DNA from: an uncultured virus (IMG/VR IMGVR_UViG_3300042559_002108)
Lineage: Duplodnaviria > Heunggongvirae > Uroviricota > Caudoviricetes
Length of the DNA stretch: 20,000 nt
Direction: 5' to 3' (one strand)
IMG/VR virus record: IMGVR_UViG_3300042559_002108
Part shown: positions 1 to 7,929 of the stretch, in pieces
Layout: each line of letters begins with the position of its first letter
How positions within the stretch are numbered: position 1 is the first letter of the stretch
The notes under the pieces: generated by a model
The model's input: the letters and a program-made list of their open reading frames with translations, nothing else
What the model was told of the DNA's origin: nothing
Databases searched by the model: none
Position numbers and translations under genes: made by a program

Positions 1-330
1 AAATGTATACAAAATCATAGAATTAAAGATGAAAAAATTATTAGACTTTCTCCAAACTATCCCATTTATGAAGATGTTCTTTATTCTGTAAATAAAGAAC
101 ATCCATCAAAAAAAGACATTAAATTATTTAATGAAATTGTTGTTTGGTATAAAGAACAAGTAGAGGATAATGTAAATATTCAAAATTGGTGGGAGTGGTC
201 TAATGGCGATTTGTTAATTGTAGACTTAAGCTATATGATTCATGCGGTAAAAGGTGGTTTTACTCCTGGCCAAAGAATTTTTTCTAGATACTGGATTTTC
301 GTTAATGAAACAGATTATACTCTAGGTTAA
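1..330 (+). CDS. TauD/TfdA-like 2OG-Fe(II) dioxygenase, C-terminal part (5' truncated by window)
   Basis: Not in ORF track. Frame 1 is open from base 1 to TAA at 328-330: ...QNWWEWSNGDLLIVDLSYMIHAVKGGFTPGQRIFSRYWIF..., matching the TauD-family W-x-x-GD-x-x-x-x-D...H...R C-terminal pattern. Confidence 0.75.
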   Translation, partial: KCIQNHRIKDEKIIRLSPNYPIYEDVLYSVNKEHPSKKDIKLFNEIVVWYKEQVEDNVNIQNWWEWSNGDLLIVDLSYMIHAVKGGFTPGQRIFSRYWIFVNETDYTLG

Positions 331-367
331 AATAAAATGGACAAGAGGTTAAAATAAAATGGACAAG
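324..367 (+). repeat. Perfect 22-bp tandem duplication AGGTTAAAATAAAATGGACAAG x2
   Basis: Copies at 324-345 and 346-367, spanning the stop of the TauD-like gene and the start of the next gene. Confidence 0.95.
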
Positions 368-901
368 ATTTATATTATAAAAAATATTTTAGATAAAAAA
401 GATTCAGAACAAATTACATTTTATTTAAAAAATACCCCAGTTATACTTGATGAAACTGGATATTCTCCATATGGAGTATATACTGGAAACGGAAGTGAAA
501 CGTTGCCCAACTTGCTTGAAGTCTACTATAATAAAATAAAAAATATTATAGAAACTTCTTTTAATTGTAGCGTTTATGATGAGGGATTATGTAGTGTAGT
601 AGAGATGAAGACTGGTGATTCAATGCCAGTGCATCTTGATCATGGATCCGCTCAAAATGAAAAGGTTGGCTTTAAAACAGGAGCTGGACATCCATCAAGA
701 GATATTAGTTCAGTCCTTTACTACAATGACGATTTTGATGGCGGAGAAATATACTTTCCAAATCAAGATCTTTTAATAAAGCCAGAACCTGGATTATTTG
801 TTTGTTTTCCAGCTAATGATGACTTTCCTCATGGAGTCATGGAAATAACTAGTGGTTATCGTTGGTGCTCTACTACTTTTTGGTGCGTCAAAAAAGACTA
901 A
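359..901 (+). CDS. 2OG-Fe(II) oxygenase, prolyl 4-hydroxylase-like
   Basis: HxD (VHLD), SSVLYYNDDFDGGEIYFP, distal His (FPHGV) and 2OG-binding Arg (GYRW) are typical of P4Hc/2OG-FeII_Oxy_3 proteins. Confidence 0.9.
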   Translation: MDKIYIIKNILDKKDSEQITFYLKNTPVILDETGYSPYGVYTGNGSETLPNLLEVYYNKIKNIIETSFNCSVYDEGLCSVVEMKTGDSMPVHLDHGSAQNEKVGFKTGAGHPSRDISSVLYYNDDFDGGEIYFPNQDLLIKPEPGLFVCFPANDDFPHGVMEITSGYRWCSTTFWCVKKD

Positions 902-3297
902 GCTTGCAAGTCACCTAGAGCTACCCAGGTATCTGTAGCTCTTTTAATTAAAGTAACAGAAGACCATTGAGCTCTAAGCTTAAGTCCTGGTGTAGCATTT
1001 ATTGTCACTCCACCAGTTGCAGTAATAGTTGTTTGTCCGGCTCCTGTTTGCAATATTGTAATCTGAGTTCCTACAGGAAAAGCTACAGAAGAGTTCAAGG
1101 GAACAGTTAGGGTATTAGCTGAGGCATTGCTTACCTCTACAAGTTTATCTTTATCGGCTAATACGAGTGTGTAGCTAGCTACCTGGGCATTCGTAACAAC
1201 ATTAGAAGAAGCAAAGTCTAATGTTATTGTTCCATTACCAACTTGCAATTTCTTATTGGTACTATCCCAAGAAAGTCTAGCATCTGTTGTAGACGATGAA
1301 GTTGAAAGGGTTAGAGTTGGGCTATTGGTTATTGGACTTGTAAAAGTTTTATTAGTTAAAGTTTCAGATCCATCTAACGTTGCTAATGTACCAGTAGTTG
1401 GTAAAGTTACGCTTGTATTAGCTGTAACTGTAAGAGTTGTACTATACATGCCAGAAGTTGTGAGGTTACCACCTAGCGTAATTGTTTTTCCTGAGTTATT
1501 TACACCTGTACCGCCATATTGACCAGCAATAGCAGTACCATTCCAAGTGCCGGTAGTTATAGTGCCGATAGAAGAAAGACCAGATAAGGTTGTAACTGCT
1601 TCGTTAACAAGAGTTCCCGTAGATGGTAATGTTACACTTGATCCTAAAACTGTATTAAGGGTTATATTAAAAGCGCCTGTTGTAGTAAGATTACCAGCAA
1701 GAGTAATCGTCTTGCCAGTGTTTGCTACTCCTGTACCACCGTATGCACCAGCTACTGCCGTACCCTGCCACGTACCTGTACCGATTGTTCCAACGCTGGT
1801 AAGTGAAGATCCAGTAACTGCTGAGCCAAGTGTAGTGGCATTAAGGACTGATGTCCCATCAATTTCATAGGCTTTACCTGTGAGCAAGTTAAAATCTTCA
1901 GAAGATGTCCAGGCATCCGTTGCATCAACCCAGGTAAGCGTCTTGTCTGTAGTGCCTTTAAGGGTGATACCGCCACCATCAGCTGTTACATCTGTCGGCG
2001 TAGTGACGGACCCCAGCTCAATATTTTTATCGTCAACAGTAATTGTTGTTGAATTAATTGTTGTAGTTGTACCATTAACTGTTAAATCGCCAGAAAGTGT
2101 AAGACCTGCTGCACTAACTGTTCCTGTAAACGTAGGACTCTCAAGGTTCGCCTTTAATGCATTAGCTGCATCTACGTAGGCAGTTGTTGCAATTGCAGTT
2201 GTATTATTGCCGGCGGTTTGTGTAGTTGCAATCGTGCCAGTTGGCAGGGTAGGAGTTCCAGTAAAAGTTGGTGATGCGAGGTTTGCCTTCAATGCGTCTG
2301 CGGCATCAACATAGGCCGTTGTAGCAACTGCTGTAGTGTTGTTTGAAGCGGTTTGGGTTGTAGCGATAGTTCCAGTTGGCAGTGTTGGGGTGCCAGTAAA
2401 AGTTGGTGAAGCTAATGGTGCTTTTGCATCAATTTGTGTTTGAATTGCGCTGGTAACACCATCCACGTAATTTAATTCAGTAGTAGTAAGCGTTGCACCA
2501 TCAAGAATATTTAACTCTGCAGCAGACGAAGTAACGCCATCAAGAATATTGAGTTCTGCTGTTGAGGAAGTAATCCCATCAAGAACATTTAATTCCGTTG
2601 CCGTAGAAGTCAGTACAACATCTTCATTTACTTTTGGAGATGTGAGAGTTTTGTTGGTGAGAGTTTGGGTATTCGTTGTGCCAACTACTGCCCCAGTTGC
2701 GCCATGAGCTTCTGTTAAGTTTGCATGAGTTGTAACATCCGAGGTAAGGGCAACTGTCCCAGTCGCGTCTGGAAGCGTAACTGTCCTGTCTGCGGTTGGA
2801 TCAGCGACGGTTAGTGTTGTTTCAAAATCGTTTGCTGTTGCACCTTCAATAATAATACTTGCGCCATTAATGGTAAGACCTGCAAATGTTGGAGAATCAC
2901 CAGACGCTACAGATTGCCCAATTGCAATTGTTGGAGTTGCTCCCTCACCTGAGTTATTTGAAAGGGTTACTCCAGTTCCGGCAACAAGTGAACTAACATA
3001 ATCGCCAACTGTATCTGTTGAAAGGTTTACTGCGTCGTTAATCCATGCTGTCCCGTTCCATCTGAGGAAGTCGCCGTCCGTGGCCGATGTAATAGTTACG
3101 TCATAAAGATCAGAAAGGTCAGCTCCGCTTATGTCTGCTGTTAAATAAGAAAGAGAATTCCAGACTGTTGTGCCATCTCCAACTTTAAGTTTTCCAGTAT
3201 TTGTTTCGTAACCAATTTCTCCTGCAAACAAAACTGGATTATTAGTTGACCAAGATGATGCAGTGGCTCTTTTGAACTGAATCCTTGCGCCAGCCAT
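898..3297 (-). CDS. Tail/virion fibre protein (799 aa) with Mtd_N-like N-terminal domain
   Basis: N-terminus RIQFKRATASSWSTNNPVLFAGEIGYETNTGKLKVGDGTTVWNSLSY resembles the Mtd N-terminal domain. Thr/Gly/Ala-rich with fibre repeats (SPTFTGTP, ELNILDG). ATG overlaps the upstream stop (TAATG). Confidence 0.85.
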   Translation of the reverse strand: MAGARIQFKRATASSWSTNNPVLFAGEIGYETNTGKLKVGDGTTVWNSLSYLTADISGADLSDLYDVTITSATDGDFLRWNGTAWINDAVNLSTDTVGDYVSSLVAGTGVTLSNNSGEGATPTIAIGQSVASGDSPTFAGLTINGASIIIEGATANDFETTLTVADPTADRTVTLPDATGTVALTSDVTTHANLTEAHGATGAVVGTTNTQTLTNKTLTSPKVNEDVVLTSTATELNVLDGITSSTAELNILDGVTSSAAELNILDGATLTTTELNYVDGVTSAIQTQIDAKAPLASPTFTGTPTLPTGTIATTQTASNNTTAVATTAYVDAADALKANLASPTFTGTPTLPTGTIATTQTAGNNTTAIATTAYVDAANALKANLESPTFTGTVSAAGLTLSGDLTVNGTTTTINSTTITVDDKNIELGSVTTPTDVTADGGGITLKGTTDKTLTWVDATDAWTSSEDFNLLTGKAYEIDGTSVLNATTLGSAVTGSSLTSVGTIGTGTWQGTAVAGAYGGTGVANTGKTITLAGNLTTTGAFNITLNTVLGSSVTLPSTGTLVNEAVTTLSGLSSIGTITTGTWNGTAIAGQYGGTGVNNSGKTITLGGNLTTSGMYSTTLTVTANTSVTLPTTGTLATLDGSETLTNKTFTSPITNSPTLTLSTSSSTTDARLSWDSTNKKLQVGNGTITLDFASSNVVTNAQVASYTLVLADKDKLVEVSNASANTLTVPLNSSVAFPVGTQITILQTGAGQTTITATGGVTINATPGLKLRAQWSSVTLIKRATDTWVALGDLQA
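2120..2425 (-). repeat. About 45-aa tandem repeat (x2 plus partial) in fibre: KAxLASPTFTGTPTLPTGTIATTQTAxNNTTAxATTAYVDAA
   Basis: Visible in the translation, with synonymous divergence between copies. Boundaries approximate. Confidence 0.85.
2450..2600 (-). repeat. 13-aa repeat x4 (ELNxLDGxTSSxA) in fibre
   Basis: TELNVLDGITSSTAELNILDGVTSSAAELNILDGATLTTTELNYVDGVTS. Boundaries approximate. Confidence 0.85.
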
Positions 3298-3542
3298 TAA
3301 AGCTCTCCTCCATCATATGTAACTGAAATAAAGTTAGTTACTTCTGCTTCAGAAATACCAAGAAGAGAGTTTCCTCCATCAATAGATAAAGATTCAGTAG
3401 CTGGAAACTCTACAACATTTCCTGATAAATTCTTATAAAACATCTTACCATCAGCATAGTTAAGGGCTAACTCACCATATTCCAAGGTGTTTGGAGTTGC
3501 AGCAGCTGTTGCTGATCTTTTTATTTTAATAACATTAGCCAT
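3297..3542 (-). CDS. Small fibre-associated/adaptor protein (81 aa)
   Basis: RBS AAGGAG upstream. N-terminus (IKIKRS...LEYGELALNYADGKMFYK) is similar to that of the 731-aa fibre (IRIKRR...LENAELAYNEADDILYY). Ends in DGGEL. Confidence 0.8.
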   Translation of the reverse strand: MANVIKIKRSATAAATPNTLEYGELALNYADGKMFYKNLSGNVVEFPATESLSIDGGNSLLGISEAEVTNFISVTYDGGEL

Positions 3543-3552
3543 TTGCTACTCC

Positions 3553-4003
3553 TTATTTAAAGCCTGGTGGGAAATATGGTGGGAAGAACGGTGGGAAGAA
3601 AGGTGGAAAGTAAGGTGGAAAATATGGTGGGAAATACGGTGGGAAGAACGGTGGGAAGAACGGTGGGAAGTAAGGTGGAAAGTAAGGTGGGAAGTAAGGT
3701 GGGAAGAAAGGTGGGAAGAACGGTGGGAAGAAAGGTGGAAAATAAGGACTATACTTAGTATAGCCTACTGCTTCTTTTCTTGGATATACAGTATTGGCAG
3801 CAGGGTTAGAAGAAAGGATCTCATCTAATCTTGTTAATAAAGGTTGCCCAGCAGTTGGATCATTTAAAGCAGTATTAGTTACAGTTCCGTTTAGTAAACT
3901 CAGCTGCCGTTAATTTAGGGTCGGCAACTGCTGGTTTATCTCCAACTATATTTGGTACGTTATTTTTTCTTGTACCTGATGTATTTCCACTATTAATAGC
4001 CAT
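3553..4003 (-). CDS. PASTA-like domain protein with C-terminal ([YF]FPP)15 tail, requiring a +1 frameshift at 3889 (149 aa)
   Basis: Missed by ORF track. ATG at 4003 gives MAINSGNTSGTRKNNVPNIVGDKPAVADPKLTAAEFTK, then CGG. Skipping one base continues GTVTNTALNDPTAGQPLLTRLDEILSSNPAANTVYPRKEAVGYTKYSP-([YF]FPP)15-GFK to TAA at 3555-3553. VPNIVG...A...L..A.F..G.V....I.S.NP.A is a PASTA-like pattern spanning the shift. Confidence 0.8.
3565..3744 (-). repeat. 15 x 12-bp coding repeat encoding YFPP/FFPP
   Basis: Unit TWY-TTY-CCA-CCN on the minus strand. Variation is confined to synonymous positions and Tyr/Phe. Confidence 0.95.
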
Positions 4004-4015
4004 AATTTAACCTAT

Positions 4016-4045
4016 TGACAAATAATATATTATATTGATTTGTCA
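4016..4045. promoter_or_regulatory. Imperfect palindrome upstream of the PASTA-like gene (operator or RNA hairpin)
   Basis: TGACAAAT-AATATA-T-TATATT-G-ATTTGTCA: 14-bp arms with one bulged base. Contains TATAAT on the minus strand (4034-4029). Confidence 0.45.
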
Positions 4046-4083
4046 TTTCTACTCCATACGTAAAGTGTTGATTAATTATAGTC

Positions 4084-6279
4084 TTAGAATGTTCCACCGT
4101 CAACTATAAAGCCTTCCAAAGCACTACTGTTTCCATAAAGAGCTCCAGATATTCCGACTCCACCAGTTACAACTAAAGTACCAGTTGTGTAAGACGAAGA
4201 CGCTGTTGCTGCAGTAAATGTTGTAGCACCGTTTGAGGTTAAGGTAGTGAAACCACCTGTACCCTTAGTTGTTGCGCCTATATTAGAAGAATCAATTGTC
4301 TTATTTGTAAGACTTTCAGATCCAGCTAAAGTAGCAAGAGTTCCCGTTGTTGGAAGAGTTACGCCTGTAGTGCCAGTTGTAGTGAGCGTAGTAGCATGGG
4401 CGCCAGATGTAACAAGGTTACCACCAAGAGTAATGGTGCTAGCTCCATTGTTTACTCCGGTTCCACCATAAGTTGAGCCAATTACTGTGCCATTCCAAGT
4501 ACCAGCTGCAATAGTTCCTACAGTTGTAATGCTATCATCGCCAGTGTATGTTCCACCAGCCACTGCAGCAAGCGTAGAGTTGTAAGCCTGTACATCAGTG
4601 CCAATTGCCAATCCAAGAGCCGTACGAGCGTCTCCAGCACTTGTAGAGCCGGTTCCACCGTTAGCTATGGCTATTGCCGTACCATTCCATACGCCAGTTG
4701 CTATTGTGCCAACCGAGGTAAGGCTTGATGCAGTTACTCCTGAACCAAGAGTCGTGCCATTAAGTACAGAAGTTCCTGCAATTAAGAATGACTTACCAGT
4801 TAGAAGGTTCATGTTTTCGGATGAAGTCCAAGCATCAGTTGCATCAATCCAGTTAAAGGTCTTGTCTGTTGCTCCCTTGAGCGTAAGACCGCCACCATCA
4901 GCACCTGCGTCTGTTGGAGTTGCTACTGAACCAAGCTCGATATTCTTATCGTCAACTGTGATGGTTGTTGAGTTAATTGTAGTTGTCGTACCATTAACTG
5001 TTAAGTCACCTGAAAGGGTAAGAGATGTACCAGTAGCAGCACCAATGTTTGGTGTTACAAGTGTTGGCGTATTAGCAAATACAAGTGCTCCAGTACCAGT
5101 TTCATCCGATATAATTCCAGCAAGTTCTGATGATGAAGTCGCTGCAAAAGCTGAAAGCTTATCTGCCGTAAGTGCTACAGTGCCAGTTGCATCTGGCAGA
5201 GTAATTGTTCTATCTGCGGTTGGATCTGTAACAGCAAGGGTTGTTTCATGATCATTAGCGGTTGCACCTTCAAAAACCATGCTTCCGCTATTAAGCGTAA
5301 GTCCTGCAAATGTTACGCTTGCAGACGTTGCTACATCTTGACCGATTGACAATGAGTGAGTTGTTCCCTCACCTGTTGTTGCTGCAGAAGAGGTAACGCC
5401 AGTTCCACCAGTTATTGTTGCTACATAGTTTCCTGAAGTATTTGTTCCAAGCGCAATTTCTATAGTAGTCGAAGCTGCTGCCGTCAAACGACCTTGGGCA
5501 TCAACCGTAAAGGTTCCAACCGATGAAGCAGAACCATATGATCCACCAGTTACGGTTGTGTTATCGAGGTCCAAAGTAAGTGTGTCGGTTGCAGAAGCCG
5601 TCGATGTTAAGCCAGTGCCACCAATTATTCTAAAGGTATCTCCACCAGAAATTGTTAAGTCTGAACCACTATCTGCATCTACTGTAAATGAAGTAGATAT
5701 AGAAGCAGTTCCAGCTGCGGTCAAACGACCTTGGGCGTCAACAGTAAAGGTTGGGATTGCACTAGCTGAACCATATGAGCCAGCTGTTACTGCTGTATTA
5801 TCGAGATTAACTGTAACAGTATCTGTATTGGAAGCCACTGAACTTAAGCCAGTTCCACCAAGAACATTTAGAGTATCACCACTTGCAATGCTTTGAGTAG
5901 TTCCAGTGTCTCCAGCAAAACTTAATCCACCAAATACACTAACTCCACTTACTGCTGAATCTACATATGCAGTAGTTGCTACTGCTGTTGAGTTGTTGCC
6001 AGCCGTTTTTGTTGTTGCGGTTGCAGAAGAACCTAATTCTAAAGTTCCTGAGAAAGTTTTATTTCCAGAAATTGTTTGAGTAGTTCCAAGAGTGGTATAG
6101 GCTCCTGCTCCAGCTATAGCTGGAATGCTCGTTGCCGTGCCACCTGCACCGCCAGTTCCTTTACCATAATACAGAATATCATCAGCTTCGTTATAGGCAA
6201 GTTCGGCATTCTCTAGTGACGATGGCGCACCGGCTGCTCCTCCAGAAGCTCTTCTTTTAATTCTAATTGTATTTGGCAT
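4084..6279 (-). CDS. Tail/virion fibre protein (731 aa)
   Basis: Thr/Gly/Ala/Ser-rich, two GSYGSAS..TFTVDAQGRLTAA fibre repeats, long blocks paralogous to the 799-aa fibre. Ends in DGGTF. Confidence 0.85.
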   Translation of the reverse strand: MPNTIRIKRRASGGAAGAPSSLENAELAYNEADDILYYGKGTGGAGGTATSIPAIAGAGAYTTLGTTQTISGNKTFSGTLELGSSATATTKTAGNNSTAVATTAYVDSAVSGVSVFGGLSFAGDTGTTQSIASGDTLNVLGGTGLSSVASNTDTVTVNLDNTAVTAGSYGSASAIPTFTVDAQGRLTAAGTASISTSFTVDADSGSDLTISGGDTFRIIGGTGLTSTASATDTLTLDLDNTTVTGGSYGSASSVGTFTVDAQGRLTAAASTTIEIALGTNTSGNYVATITGGTGVTSSAATTGEGTTHSLSIGQDVATSASVTFAGLTLNSGSMVFEGATANDHETTLAVTDPTADRTITLPDATGTVALTADKLSAFAATSSSELAGIISDETGTGALVFANTPTLVTPNIGAATGTSLTLSGDLTVNGTTTTINSTTITVDDKNIELGSVATPTDAGADGGGLTLKGATDKTFNWIDATDAWTSSENMNLLTGKSFLIAGTSVLNGTTLGSGVTASSLTSVGTIATGVWNGTAIAIANGGTGSTSAGDARTALGLAIGTDVQAYNSTLAAVAGGTYTGDDSITTVGTIAAGTWNGTVIGSTYGGTGVNNGASTITLGGNLVTSGAHATTLTTTGTTGVTLPTTGTLATLAGSESLTNKTIDSSNIGATTKGTGGFTTLTSNGATTFTAATASSSYTTGTLVVTGGVGISGALYGNSSALEGFIVDGGTF

Positions 6280-6280
6280 T

Positions 6281-6598
6281 TTAGAAATTTCCTCCGTCGG
6301 TTAAATTTATTTCTGCGTGATTGACCCATTCAGAGCCGTTATATCGCAAGACATTTCCTGTTGCAACAGATGTAATAGTAACGTCATTCAATCCGTTTAA
6401 AGCTTCTGAAGCAGCCATTCTATCTTTAATAGTTAAATGTGATCCAGCTGGATTTAGTCCTAAAACAGTTTGAACTGCTTCCATTGCATCATTTAAATTT
6501 GCGTGCTGCAAATGGTGTGGAACTGTTGCAGAATTTAAACTGTCGGTTGATGTTGGATTAATTAAAACATCTAAACTATTTGGATAATTTGTTGCCAT
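6281..6598 (-). CDS. Small virion/fibre-anchor protein (105 aa)
   Basis: RBS AGGAG. Contains LNDVTITSVATGNVLRYNGSEWVN, similar to LYDVTITSATDGDFLRWNGTAWIN in the 799-aa fibre. Ends in DGGNF. Confidence 0.75.
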   Translation of the reverse strand: MATNYPNSLDVLINPTSTDSLNSATVPHHLQHANLNDAMEAVQTVLGLNPAGSHLTIKDRMAASEALNGLNDVTITSVATGNVLRYNGSEWVNHAEINLTDGGNF

Positions 6599-6609
6599 TT
6601 CTAATTCTC

Positions 6610-7020
6610 CTATATAGAAAGTATTTTATTAATATCATTATTCCAGTTAAAAATAACAGTAACTACTTCTGAAGAACCAGAAAATGGTAAACCAGTTGAG
6701 CTGTCTATATAAAATAGTAGTCTGGAATTTCCATCATTAGACCCAACTTTATAAAAAATTATTGCATTAAATGCTGTATTTGCTGCAATTGTAGAAGTAA
6801 AATCTCCGGCATCTATAATGCCTAGGTTGTTTGTTATTCCAGTAATATTTTCTGTAGTATGGGCAATGCTGATAGATGGTATGTCGGATAAGAATTCATG
6901 AGAATTTTCATTTGGAATGTATGAACTTTTAATGAAGCTTACTCTAAATAAATCAGCACTAAAATTAAATTGACCATTTAGAATAGCTTGTTTTGCTTTT
7001 TTGTAAACAAAATTAGCCAC
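6610..7020 (-). CDS. Hypothetical virion structural protein (136 aa)
   Basis: GTG start directly after the upstream stop, tight packing in the structural operon. MANFVY...LLFYID...GLP...WN pattern resembles phage minor structural proteins. Confidence 0.65.
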   Translation of the reverse strand: MANFVYKKAKQAILNGQFNFSADLFRVSFIKSSYIPNENSHEFLSDIPSISIAHTTENITGITNNLGIIDAGDFTSTIAANTAFNAIIFYKVGSNDGNSRLLFYIDSSTGLPFSGSSEVVTVIFNWNNDINKILSI

Positions 7021-7021
7021 T

Positions 7022-7792
7022 CTATATGCCTATATCTTTTGATAAAATTACTCTATATTTATATCCAGTTTCATAATATTCTTTTCCATCTACATTGAAT
7101 ACTGGAGTTGCATCAAATGATGGAAAGTCTATATATATCTCTGGCTTCCAAGAGTGCATTGAGACTTTTGCTTCAACATTTTCCCATCTTGATGGTGTTC
7201 TTTGTATTTTTTTCTTTTGAGCTTTAAAATATTTTGTATTTAAAAAGTTTGAAGCTGGCCTTGCGTTAAATTGAACAGTAACTCTGCCGTCACCATATTT
7301 TCTATCTATATAAAATGCTCCGTTTTCTGGATCAACAGAAACTATATAAAAATTAGGGTTCTTGGCTAAAATCTGAACAGTAGAAAATGCATCTGCTCTG
7401 ACTGACTTATCTTCTATTAATATCTCTTCATACAAAGGCTCTTGAAAAGATGTAATAGTTGAAGGAGTAGCATCATCTGACTTTGTAAACTTTATTTGCT
7501 CTTCTGCAATGGTCTCATTTACTGCATCTAGTAAATTTGCTACTCTAACGACATATTCTTGACCAGACTGAAGTTGAACATCCCAGAATAGTCTTAGCGT
7601 TCTGGATATTTGATTATAGTCACTAATGGTATTTATGGGAGTAAATGGACTAGCAACAGGGACTGGAGTAGCAGCTGTTGTTTGAACAATAAAATTTGAA
7701 TTTATTAATGAACTGATTTTAACAGTTCTTCCAAATTTGATAACTACTACTTCAGAATCAACACTAGCGCTCTCTATAAGATATAGGGCCAC
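7022..7792 (-). CDS. Hypothetical virion protein, probably tandem Ig-like beta-sandwich domains (256 aa)
   Basis: GTG start with RBS AAGGAGAG. Patterns IKF...NF.V...L.L...L.SGQEY.V.V.NL.D and IVSVDPENGA...V.FN resemble Big_5/SbsA-like Ig domains. Confidence 0.6.
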   Translation of the reverse strand: MALYLIESASVDSEVVVIKFGRTVKISSLINSNFIVQTTAATPVPVASPFTPINTISDYNQISRTLRLFWDVQLQSGQEYVVRVANLLDAVNETIAEEQIKFTKSDDATPSTITSFQEPLYEEILIEDKSVRADAFSTVQILAKNPNFYIVSVDPENGAFYIDRKYGDGRVTVQFNARPASNFLNTKYFKAQKKKIQRTPSRWENVEAKVSMHSWKPEIYIDFPSFDATPVFNVDGKEYYETGYKYRVILSKDIGI

Positions 7793-7837
7793 ATTCTCTC
7801 CTTATTGACGTATACATAATTAGTAATACTTGTTTAT

Positions 7838-7880
7838 AAAAAAAGATAAGGGGTGGAAGCTTTCGCAACCACCCCTTATC
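7838..7880 (-). terminator. Rho-independent terminator downstream of the major capsid gene
   Basis: Perfect 12-bp stem (7845-7856 / 7869-7880), GC-GAAA-GC cap on the minus strand, followed by U7 (A7 at 7838-7844 on plus). Confidence 0.9.
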
Positions 7881-7899
7881 CCACGGACTGCCATGATTA

Positions 7900-7927
7900 G
7901 TGGCCATAACTATAATTGTCCTAAGGT
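7900..7927 (+). other. 23S rRNA helix 69-like sequence (antisense in the capsid mRNA 3' UTR)
   Basis: GTGGCCATAACTATAATTGTCCTAAGGT vs conserved 23S GCGGCCGTAACTATAACGGTCCTAAGGT (E. coli about 1904-1931, also the I-CeuI site), recalled from memory: 24/28 identical. Confidence 0.7.
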
Positions 7928-7929
7928 TA

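Noticed and set aside
898..3297. Diversity-generating retroelement suggested by the Mtd-like N-terminus
   Set aside because: Only the N-terminal domain is similar. No reverse transcriptase, C-type lectin tip or adenine-specific TR/VR pair is seen in the window.
3565..3744. Repeat array as CRISPR
   Set aside because: Contiguous 12-bp units with no unique spacers and no cas genes.
3487..3828. Plus-strand Trp/Glu/Arg-rich ORF (WEER repeats) and the 3567-3758 ORF
   Set aside because: Antisense shadows of the [YF]FPP repeat. Variation is synonymous only in the minus-strand frame, which also fits operon direction.
4015..4020. Plus-strand TTGACA as a sigma70 -35 box
   Set aside because: No -10 at 16-18 bp spacing and no plus-strand gene downstream.
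1256..5896. Val/Pro-rich plus-strand ORFs opposite the fibre genes
   Set aside because: Expected stop-free antisense frames of Thr/Gly-rich genes, with no RBS or domain features.
7900..7927. rRNA gene fragment or vector I-CeuI site contamination
   Set aside because: Only 28 nt with four differences, flanks are not rRNA-like, and it is seamlessly placed between the MCP stop and its terminator. Kept as a mimic finding, not an rRNA feature.
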